Below the pieces are notes generated by a model, which made no database searches, was not told the DNA's origin, and was given only the letters and a program-made list of their open reading frames with translations. A program made the position numbers and the translations under genes. Shown here piece by piece: positions 56,332-64,000 of a stretch of DNA of 64,000 nt (positions are counted from its first letter, which is position 1; every line of letters starts with the position of its first letter). The DNA lies in NCBI GenBank assembly GCA_043753995.1, contig JAYUVP010000224.1, positions 185 to 64,184 of the forward strand. The letters run 5' to 3'. This stretch comes from Fibrobacterota bacterium (GTDB lineage Bacteria > Fibrobacterota > Fibrobacteria > UBA11236).

Positions 56332-57240
56332 ATGGCAGATTTAGACGGCGTACAGGACGGCAAAGCCGACAACAAGAACTATTACCTCGATACGCCTCAG
56401 CGCAATCCGCAATTCACCCTCAAGGGCAGCGCGGGCTATGACTGGGGCATGAAAAATCGCTTGGCGCGGGTCTTTCGTCCCGAAGACGGTCGCACCGTGA
56501 TGCTCGCTTTCGATCACGGCTATTTCCAAGGTCCGACCACCGGCCTGGAGCGCGTCGACCAAACCATATTGCCGCTAGAGCCGTATTGCGATACCCTTAT
56601 GCTCACGCGCGGAATTCTGCGCAGCATCATTCCCTCGACCACGACCAAGTCCATCGCCTTGCGCGTATCCGGCGGGCCGAGCATTCTCAAGGAATTGAGC
56701 AATGAAGAAATCGCCTGCGACATCGAAGATGCCGTGCGCGTCAATGCTTCGGCTCTCGCGGTGCAGGTTTTCATCGGCGGGGAGTTCGAACGCCAGTCGG
56801 TGATCAATATGACTCGCCTGGTCGATCAGGGCATGAAGGTCGGCATTCCTGTCATGGCCGTCACGGCCGTGGGACGTGAACTGGTGCGCAATGCCAAGTA
56901 TTTCCGCTTGGCAACGCGCATGTGCGCCGAGCTCGGAGCCCAATTCGTGAAGACCTATTATGTCGACGAAGAATTCGACACCGTGACCTCTTGCTGTCCA
57001 GTGCCGATTGTGATTGCCGGCGGTAAAAAACAACCCGAGATCGATGCTCTGCAGATGTGCTATAAGGCCCTGCAAGAAGGGGCTTCCGGCGTCGACATGG
57101 GCCGCAATATTTTCCAATCGCCAGCACCGGTGGCCATGATGCGCGCCGTACGGGCCGTGGTGCATGAAGGCTTTACCGCTGAAAAAGCGCATACGATGTA
57201 TCTGGAATTGAGCCGCAGCGAAATCGCAAAGGCGCGATAA
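56332..57240 (+). CDS. Class I aldolase of the DhnA/FbaB/LsrF family
   Basis: 302 aa. [26 protein letters not shown] and the Schiff-base Lys context FVKTYY are typical of DeoC-fold class I aldolases. Confidence 0.65.
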   Translation: MADLDGVQDGKADNKNYYLDTPQRNPQFTLKGSAGYDWGMKNRLARVFRPEDGRTVMLAFDHGYFQGPTTGLERVDQTILPLEPYCDTLMLTRGILRSIIPSTTTKSIALRVSGGPSILKELSNEEIACDIEDAVRVNASALAVQVFIGGEFERQSVINMTRLVDQGMKVGIPVMAVTAVGRELVRNAKYFRLATRMCAELGAQFVKTYYVDEEFDTVTSCCPVPIVIAGGKKQPEIDALQMCYKALQEGASGVDMGRNIFQSPAPVAMMRAVRAVVHEGFTAEKAHTMYLELSRSEIAKAR

Positions 57241-57257
57241 GCTTTCATTTCGTTTGC

Positions 57258-57297
57258 AAAAAAAAGCGCGGCCTTGGGGCTGCGCTTTTTTGTTTTT
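57258..57297. terminator. Rho-independent terminator after the aldolase gene
   Basis: AAAAAAGCGCGGCCTTGGGGCTGCGCTTTTTTGTTTTT, a GC-rich hairpin followed by a T-tract. Confidence 0.6.
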
Positions 57298-57462
57298 ACG
57301 GGGGGCTTTGCCATTCTTGGCGGGCCGTCCAAACGCCCCCCAGGCTCGGCCCGCAAAGCCATGATGCCCAGGTCGGCCTCGCCTTCCCCAAGAGCGAGGC
57401 ATTCCTTTGCCTCACGCGTTTAGGGCACTGCCACACTCATATCATGGCAGGATAATCCATCC

Positions 57463-59658
57463 CTACTCCACACCGCAGAAAATACGCTGCAGGAGAAATG
57501 CGGTTGCTTTTTTCCGGCCACATCGTTCGGCATTTCCGAGGGCTTGCGCAAAAATGGGCTGCCAGTCGGAAGGTGGCCGTGCTTCCCGCAAAATCAGTTC
57601 TAGAATTTCCGTGTGATCGAAAGTCGCCGCGAAGATAAAAGCGCCTTCGCCCATGCCATCGCCTTTGACTGACGTCGTATGGAATAGATCGTTTGCAATC
57701 TCTGGCCTGATTTTCAGCAGGTACTCTGCCATCTCTAAATCCCCACGCATCGAGGCTATCAGGAAGGCAATCTGACAATTATCCGAAGTAAAAGAGGGAT
57801 CTTGCGTCGCGGCGATTTTCCGCAAGAGATCCAAATGGCGGCCGAATACCAGGCCAATCGGCAGGGGAAAATACCCTGGGCCATTGGAGGGTCTGTCTCT
57901 GACGAAAAGGCCGATGTGTGGAAGCTCACTGAGCGTATCGCTCGGCATTCGCGCGCCCTTTTCAAGCAAGAATTCGATCGTCGCGGCATCCCCTCTTGAA
58001 AAGGCCAGCCCTAGCGGCTGAACGGTGCGTTTGTTCAGGGCGCGGCTATTCACATTAGAAAGTGGCGCATCTTCGGGAGCAGAATTGATTTCTGCGCCAT
58101 TTTCCACCAAAAACTTTACCGACTCCAGCTTCCCTGCAAGAATAGCCCAATCGAGGGCGGTCCTGCCGCGGGATTCTTCCATGTTGAGGGTGATTTCGCG
58201 GAAAAGGTTTCTCGGATTATCCTCGCCTATATCCCGCTTCATGGCTTCCAAATCCCCGGCCACAGCATGGGCCATTAGCGGGGTAATCCCGAGATTTTCG
58301 AAATCAAGTTTAACGCCCATTTGCATCACGGTGACTGCATTATCGATGACGGAATAGGAAAGGTAGGGATCGTTCAACTGTTCTCGAAGCGAGGCCATTA
58401 AGGAAGAGTCGGCCTTGATGTCGATTTTCAAACTATCGGTAATGAAAGGCAGCAGGGATTTGAGGAGTCCGGGCGGCCAAGACCAGAACTTATTCCCGGA
58501 GACCTCGTATCGAAATCTGTCCCAGGTCACCTTGCTTTGCAAAAGCAGTTGGACGATTTGGGCATTGCCGCTTTGAATCGCCAAGGTTATCGGACCTTGC
58601 CCGCCTACGCCATAAAGATCCGTCTGGGCTCCATGGGCTAGGAGAAGGCGGACAATTTCGATATGGCCCGCTTCAGCCGCGACCGAAAGCGCGGATGTAT
58701 AACCACCCATAACCAAATTCACATTGACGCCGTGTTGCACTAGCAATTGGACCAAGTCCAACCTGCCAATTCGCGATGCATGGATGAGGGGGGTGAACAT
58801 GCGATGGTCCACATATCCAAAGACCGTATCTCGAAAAATCCCGGTTCTAAGCAACTTTTCGGCCATATACAGGTTATTCGAGTCCGCCGCCGCGCACAGG
58901 GCGGAAGCAATGACGGTGGCATTGAGCCGATGCTTATGCTTCAGCATTCGATCCACGACTTCATTTTTGTTCCGGCGCACCGCATAGCTCAAGACCGGTT
59001 GATAGTCCCAATCCAACGGAATGGTATCTCCTGACTTTTCCATTAGGAGCTCGACCATGTCTGCATTGCCCTCGTGGGCGGCATGAAAAAGCGCGGCATA
59101 GGGTCCCAGGTAGCCGGGTGCTTCGATTTTCGCTCCGTTTGCAAGTAATATCCGGGCAATACCCGTATCACCGTGCATGGCGCATTCCATCAGCGCGGTT
59201 CCACCCACGATGTCCAAGAGTGGGCGCGCATTTTGCGGCCAGCCTGCACTTTTTTGGGGGCGTGTGGCATTGACGTCGACTTTCAGGGAGCAGAGATAGG
59301 ACACGATTTCACGATGACCGAATTTCGCGGCATACATGAGCGGCGTCCGATCGAAAAAGTCGAAGTGCGAGGGCGCCGCGCCTTGCGCTATTGCCAATTT
59401 CACTTGTGCCAAATCGCCTGAAATGCAGGCGCGAATCAGCCGTTCCTCCGCCGAAAAGCCGGTATCGTCATCCACTACACTTTGCGCCCAACGGATGTCC
59501 AGACGGTCATTCGTCGTCGGCAAGGGCTTCGAACTTTTCGCCTCTATTTTCTTGACGCAACCAAGCTGGCTGGCAGCTATTAGGAAAAAGAAAAGGAAAA
59601 AGGAAAGTAAAAGAGAAAAGCGCAAAGCGAACCGAGTCCACCTATTAGCAACCAGCAT
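57463..59658 (-). CDS. Ankyrin-repeat lipoprotein
   Basis: Lipobox FLIAASQLGC. At least 10 ankyrin repeats (TPLMYAAKFGHREIVSYLCSLKVDVNA, TALMECAMHGDTGIARILLANGAKIEA, TALSVAAEAGHIEIVRLLLAHGAQTD ...). 731 aa. Confidence 0.75.
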   Translation of the reverse strand: MLVANRWTRFALRFSLLLSFFLFFFLIAASQLGCVKKIEAKSSKPLPTTNDRLDIRWAQSVVDDDTGFSAEERLIRACISGDLAQVKLAIAQGAAPSHFDFFDRTPLMYAAKFGHREIVSYLCSLKVDVNATRPQKSAGWPQNARPLLDIVGGTALMECAMHGDTGIARILLANGAKIEAPGYLGPYAALFHAAHEGNADMVELLMEKSGDTIPLDWDYQPVLSYAVRRNKNEVVDRMLKHKHRLNATVIASALCAAADSNNLYMAEKLLRTGIFRDTVFGYVDHRMFTPLIHASRIGRLDLVQLLVQHGVNVNLVMGGYTSALSVAAEAGHIEIVRLLLAHGAQTDLYGVGGQGPITLAIQSGNAQIVQLLLQSKVTWDRFRYEVSGNKFWSWPPGLLKSLLPFITDSLKIDIKADSSLMASLREQLNDPYLSYSVIDNAVTVMQMGVKLDFENLGITPLMAHAVAGDLEAMKRDIGEDNPRNLFREITLNMEESRGRTALDWAILAGKLESVKFLVENGAEINSAPEDAPLSNVNSRALNKRTVQPLGLAFSRGDAATIEFLLEKGARMPSDTLSELPHIGLFVRDRPSNGPGYFPLPIGLVFGRHLDLLRKIAATQDPSFTSDNCQIAFLIASMRGDLEMAEYLLKIRPEIANDLFHTTSVKGDGMGEGAFIFAATFDHTEILELILREARPPSDWQPIFAQALGNAERCGRKKATAFLLQRIFCGVE

Positions 59659-60961
59659 AATTCGATCTGACCACGAAGAACTTGAATCCGGTACGGCTTA
59701 TTCTTAAAAGGTGGTATCCGTAATTGCCCATTCTTTCTTCGAAATTAGGCGGCGCATTGGTGGAAAAGGGTAAAACGATAAAAGCAGGAAAGGATGCGTC
59801 GGTTCCAAACCGAATCCATCGGGGTACGGCCTTGGGATAAGCAAGATTTCTTTCCATTTCGTTTCCTCCCGTGTATTCTGGCGGCCATACCAACTTTCTC
59901 TTGTTGTCAAATATCCCCCGCTGCTCCCTCTTATAGTAACGGCTAGGAACGATGCCGCTCATGCCGATGTCGACATAACCGTATTCACCGATCCTCGCAA
60001 AATGGATTTGCGCCACGCCGGTGGTGTCGAAGGCTTTTCCTACCAGTTGCTTTTTAAACCAGGCCAGGGAATCGAATTCCGAGGGGAGGGTTATCCCCTT
60101 CATGGGAACCGTGAAGATCGGTTTCGTGGCAAAAAGAACTTCTTGTTCTGTCCGTAAATACACATCGGCCGAAGATACGAGCGAAATCCCGAAAGTGATG
60201 GTTCCATTCACATCCGAGGTATACTCGTCTCGTTCATTTTCCCGCGGAACGGTTTTGGGCGTATGAAAAAGCTTACCCCGATTTTCGGGATTCTCCTCTC
60301 CATACCATTCCATGGCCGCCAGCGAGGTTCTCAGACCGAGCGCTTTTTTCTTGATGGCCTTGGAGGAATCATCCAGGGGAGCATATCGCCGGCTCTCTCC
60401 TTCCGGAGTCTCATCCCAGAGCAAATTCTGGAATTCTCCGGTGGAGTCGATTGCGCCAATGACGAGTAAATCCTTGCCATCATACCGGGCCAAATAAACC
60501 GGATCGGTGCCGCGTATTCGCCGTCCATAATGGGCTGCCTTGGCGGTATCGCCCAAGGCCATATACCCCTTTTGCAGGGCTTTCATATACGCTTTGTTTT
60601 TCGGCAAGAGGGAAACAAGCCGCTCGCACCATCGGAGGGTATCGGCAAAGGTTTTGGATTGGCTTAACCCCCGAAGAAGAAAACCTTCATTCACTTCGGT
60701 ATCGGAAACCATGGATAAATGAACCCACCCGCCGACGGCCTGACGATTCAACGAATCCAGGTATAACCACTCGCCCAATTTTTTTCCGGTCGCGAAGGCA
60801 GTTCCGGTTGGCAGACATCCTAATACCGGTGCCTGGGGTTTGGGCTGACTGCGGATCAAAGCCGCATCTGCCGAAATCCAAAATGGCTTTGCGACCTCGG
60901 CCGAAAATGGACTTCCGAGCGCTAGGAATAATCCTGAAAACAAAAATGTTTTGATGCGCAT
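59645..60961 (-). CDS. Secreted hypothetical protein with N-terminal SH3b-like segment
   Basis: Signal peptide MRIKTFLFSGLFLALGSPFSA. The SH3-like segment is ALIRSQPKPQAPVLGCLPTGTAFATGKKLGEWLYL. Overlaps the ankyrin gene start by 14 nt on the same strand. Confidence 0.4.
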   Translation of the reverse strand: MRIKTFLFSGLFLALGSPFSAEVAKPFWISADAALIRSQPKPQAPVLGCLPTGTAFATGKKLGEWLYLDSLNRQAVGGWVHLSMVSDTEVNEGFLLRGLSQSKTFADTLRWCERLVSLLPKNKAYMKALQKGYMALGDTAKAAHYGRRIRGTDPVYLARYDGKDLLVIGAIDSTGEFQNLLWDETPEGESRRYAPLDDSSKAIKKKALGLRTSLAAMEWYGEENPENRGKLFHTPKTVPRENERDEYTSDVNGTITFGISLVSSADVYLRTEQEVLFATKPIFTVPMKGITLPSEFDSLAWFKKQLVGKAFDTTGVAQIHFARIGEYGYVDIGMSGIVPSRYYKREQRGIFDNKRKLVWPPEYTGGNEMERNLAYPKAVPRWIRFGTDASFPAFIVLPFSTNAPPNFEERMGNYGYHLLRISRTGFKFFVVRSNYAGC

Positions 60962-61418
60962 TCGATTTTTCTGACAAGGGTGAAAGAATACCCGCCTATT
61001 GCCAACTCGTGGGATATGCCCTATAACTACATCTCAAAGGTCCAAAGTATCCGGCGACATAAATATGCTCAATCGCTGCCACAAAGATCCCCTCGACGGA
61101 AAGTAGAAGTCGGCGCTCGGTCGCGTATGCGTTGTGGACTCCGACACGAATGCAAAATTTGAGGTCCGCTTTTTCCGCACTTTTGGGGTGACTAATGGGT
61201 TATTGGGTGAATCAGCTCGCCGATGACCTCACGCATGCTGTCGTCGTCCATTCAGGCCGCGATACCTCTGGATATTCGTGCACGAGCTGACCCTGCCCCC
61301 GGCGGCCTACCCAAGCATTGACTCACCTTGAGCGTGTTGGCATGGCAAGGGAATAGACTGAAGAAACGATACCGTTGATACTAAAGTATTTGACTTTGCT
61401 GACTGCCGTAGGAAGGGA

Positions 61419-62090
61419 TTGAAGAAGTTGAGGGAGATGTGGGTCGGGAATTTTAGGTTTTTAACTACCTATGCATGGATGAATACGCCTCCATCTTTCC
61501 CAATCGTGATTCGCCTCCTCGCTCTTGGTACCGCTGCCGTTTTTATTGCCGGTTGCAATTCGGCTCAAATCCAATCCCTTAGCGCCACGGATGCGGCCGG
61601 AGCCACACCGATTCGGGCCGGGGCCGGACTCAAAATCGTCGGCCCGGTGCAGGTGAATGGCTCGATTCGAAACGCAACCATTTCCTTGACGCCAACGCGA
61701 CCGGTCGGGCCTGCGATTTCGATACCAGAAAACACTCTTGTGACCAATGGAAATATTCGTACTCTAGGTGCTGAAGTCACCTCTGGAAATACCTCGGTTC
61801 CGCTGGAACAAGGCAGTCGTTGGAATGGGCGTCTTACGGTCAAATACGTTTACGGGTGGACAGAGGAAAGAACCACGATGGAGGTGGCGTTCGAGGTGAT
61901 TGAACCTGTCGGCTGCTTTGGGTTTGTAGACTCACCGAAATCCCTGGGGTGGACCTTGGAGGGCTATTTCAAGAATGATGGGGCCACGCGGGTCAGCCCA
62001 TCCAGCCGGAGTATTTTGACGCAGAAAATTATCCGCACGCTCGGGAAGGTGATCGAGCATTCGGATTCCACATCATGCCATTCCCGGTAG
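61419..62090 (+). CDS. Hypothetical lipoprotein
   Basis: Lipobox LALGTAAVFIAGC and predicted beta-rich. The start may be an internal Met. Confidence 0.4.
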   Translation: MKKLREMWVGNFRFLTTYAWMNTPPSFPIVIRLLALGTAAVFIAGCNSAQIQSLSATDAAGATPIRAGAGLKIVGPVQVNGSIRNATISLTPTRPVGPAISIPENTLVTNGNIRTLGAEVTSGNTSVPLEQGSRWNGRLTVKYVYGWTEERTTMEVAFEVIEPVGCFGFVDSPKSLGWTLEGYFKNDGATRVSPSSRSILTQKIIRTLGKVIEHSDSTSCHSR

Positions 62091-62464
62091 GCAATTGGTC
62101 TTATACCGACTGGTGGAGCGTCGAATTCATCTCGCCTTCTCTTGCCGGGACGAACCCCTTGGTCGTTGGGTGGGATTATGCCAAAAAATACCAGGTGCAT
62201 GCACGGACGGATGCTACGGGGTTAAAACTACAGCCTATCCTTACCATCTTGGATTCAAATGGTAACCCGCGCACATTTTCTCTCCCCTTTGTCAACCTCA
62301 CCTCGGATGATAACTGGCAGTCCATCGATGCAGACTTCACCAATCCACCCCTGCCAAGCGGACGCACGATGACCATAAGCTTCCGTATTTTTGGCACCCG
62401 CAGTGGACTGCAGGGCAATTCTGGCAAAAAAGTTTTGATCGACCAAGTTACCCGCATCCCTTGA
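62075..62464 (+). CDS. Hypothetical protein (possible continuation of previous ORF via frameshift)
   Basis: 129-aa beta-rich ORF. Overlaps the preceding ORF by 16 nt in another frame. Confidence 0.3.
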   Translation: MPFPVGNWSYTDWWSVEFISPSLAGTNPLVVGWDYAKKYQVHARTDATGLKLQPILTILDSNGNPRTFSLPFVNLTSDDNWQSIDADFTNPPLPSGRTMTISFRIFGTRSGLQGNSGKKVLIDQVTRIP

Positions 62465-62533
62465 GCACTGGCCTTGCGCAAGGGTTCCTGCATGGGCGAC
62501 CTGATAGTCGCCAGCAATGATTGCGAATCGAAA

Positions 62534-63421
62534 TTAACTCGCCAAATAGGCTGGCTTGAAAATCTCTTCGGCAAAGGCCTCAAGCGTTGTCGGTGTGGTA
62601 TTGGCCGCTGAGCGAATAACCACATCGCCTTTGCCTTCATTGAAAAAGCGATTGAGGTCGATATAGCCGCGCGCCACGCTGGCACTGATGCCAAAGCCTT
62701 GGAAGGCTTGAAAAGCGTCTTCGTAGGGGAATTGTATCCAGGGCAATTCGGGCTTGCCGATGGCGGCACCGATTACCGCCGCTAATTCCTTGGGTGTCGA
62801 GTCGCGATTGCCGATCAATTCTTGAATGTCCTTGCCCGTGAAGTCGAGAGCCAAGAGACGCTTCAGGGCATAGGCGGCAATATCGCGAGTGGCGATAAAG
62901 TGCATCTTGGTATCGGGAGCCGTGGGGCCGCCGAGTATGCCCTGTCCCTTAATCAGGGGTATACTGGCCAAGTTGTTTTCCAGAAAATACGCGGGACGCA
63001 AATGCAAAACATGGGTGTCGGGCAATTGGTTGAGGCGGCGCTCTTGATGGTAAAGTCCGGCCACCACACCCGTGCCCACGGGCGTATGCGCGCCGATGCT
63101 GGAGAGATTCACGGCATAACGCACGCGAGTTTCGCGCAAGGCGCGAACCTGGGCTTCGCCGATGGCGGCTTGATAAGCGGGGAAATCCTTGGCCGTCATG
63201 TCGGGCGGAATCAGCACATAGGCGGCGGTGGCGCCCGCAAAGGCCTGGGTCAAGAAGGCGGCATCGCCGATTTGTCCTTCGGCAATCTCGGCGCCCTTGG
63301 CGGCGAGGGCTTTGGCTTTTTCCTTATTGCGTACGACGACGCGGACTTTCTTGCCCGCGGCCAAAAGGCCTTCGGCGATGACGTGGCCTGTATTTCCTGT
63401 GGCTCCGGTAATGACGTACAT
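62534..63421 (-). CDS. NmrA-family NAD(P)-binding protein (atypical SDR)
   Basis: MYVITGATGNTGHVIAEGLLAAGKKVRVVVRN Rossmann start. Length 295 aa. Confidence 0.75.
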   Translation of the reverse strand: MYVITGATGNTGHVIAEGLLAAGKKVRVVVRNKEKAKALAAKGAEIAEGQIGDAAFLTQAFAGATAAYVLIPPDMTAKDFPAYQAAIGEAQVRALRETRVRYAVNLSSIGAHTPVGTGVVAGLYHQERRLNQLPDTHVLHLRPAYFLENNLASIPLIKGQGILGGPTAPDTKMHFIATRDIAAYALKRLLALDFTGKDIQELIGNRDSTPKELAAVIGAAIGKPELPWIQFPYEDAFQAFQGFGISASVARGYIDLNRFFNEGKGDVVIRSAANTTPTTLEAFAEEIFKPAYLAS

Positions 63422-63642
63422 GTGAACTCCTATACCCTGGGGGATTGGGTGGCCAAACTACGACCCTACGGTTTTGCGGGCAAGGGCTGTACCAGGTAAG
63501 GGGGTTACGAAGAAGTGACGGTTGGATAATTATTGAAAATGGCCTAGGCGTCGAATCCTCAGGGCCTCGGGGGGGTCACCAGGAGAGAGACCGCCCGCGG
63601 GGTGCGGCAAGAAATAACCTTGCAGTTACCGTAGCTTTTTCG

Positions 63643-64000
63643 TTACTCTTGCCGGTCCAAAGACGCCATGGCGCCCCGCAGGAGATCACCGTCCTTGAGG
63701 CCGGGCGCGCTTTCGACCTTGGAATTGAGATCAACGGCAAAGGGCCGGCCTTGTTTCACGGCTTCCGCGACATTGTCCGGACCTAGGCCACCCGCCAGGA
63801 AAAAAGGCAGGTCGAGACCAGCCGAGGCGATGCGGCTCCAATCAAAGCTTTGCCCTGTGCCACCGTAAGCCGAACCGGCAGGAGTGTCGATGAGCCAATA
63901 GCGAAGCGGGGAATGGTCTCTCCACGCGGGCTTCAGGCCGCCCCAATCGGCGAGTCTATCGGCAGAAATAGCCTTGATCACAGGAAGGGGCATGGCTTCG
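63643..64000 (-). CDS. trpF: Phosphoribosylanthranilate isomerase, C-terminal part (gene continues past window end)
   Basis: GGTGQSFDWS...FFLAGGLGPDNVAEAV...FAVDLNSKVESAPGLKD are the TrpF C-terminal motifs. The N-terminus lies beyond position 64000. Confidence 0.6.
   Translation of the reverse strand, partial: EAMPLPVIKAISADRLADWGGLKPAWRDHSPLRYWLIDTPAGSAYGGTGQSFDWSRIASAGLDLPFFLAGGLGPDNVAEAVKQGRPFAVDLNSKVESAPGLKDGDLLRGAMASLDRQE

Overview
This is a 64-kb window of moderately GC-rich bacterial chromosome, gene-dense on both strands. All calls come from reading the ORF translations and the nucleotide sequence, and no database search was possible.

The left 12 kb is an XrtA/PEP-CTERM exosortase polysaccharide locus. 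It holds a GT4 glycosyltransferase, one PEP-CTERM protein, an EpsI-like protein, the exosortase, a PrsT-like TPR protein, and a divergent Wzc-like chain-length determinant/BY-kinase with PrsK and PrsR. It is followed by a tightly coupled aguB-aguA-CAAX(CPBP) protease operon.

The middle carries a flagellar late-gene island: a FliA-like sigma factor, a candidate sigma-28 promoter, fliD, fliS and a small unknown ORF. Next to it are rsmA/ksgA, a 2187-aa signal-peptide beta-rich protein ending in Phe (a candidate SprA-like T9SS outer-membrane barrel) and an RNase E/G-like ribonuclease.

Further right are several regions worth noting:
- A 2.4-kb cassette flanked by ~90-bp direct repeats derived from the 5' end of an IS91-family transposase gene. 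It encodes a CBM6/35-like + InlB-B-repeat secreted protein and a 103-aa mature two-Cys secreted protein.
- The housekeeping block tRNA-Leu(UAG), tig, clpP, clpX, lon, yggS and divIVA, with 37-bp tandem repeats between yggS and divIVA.
- Two secreted proteins that share a T9SS-CTD-like C-terminal domain.
- A ketose/DhaKL catabolic cluster, and an ankyrin-repeat lipoprotein operon.

A ~170-bp palindromic MITE/REP-like element occurs five times in intergenic DNA. One copy supplies the stop codon of an SRPBCC gene. No CRISPR array, rRNA or intact transposase is visible.
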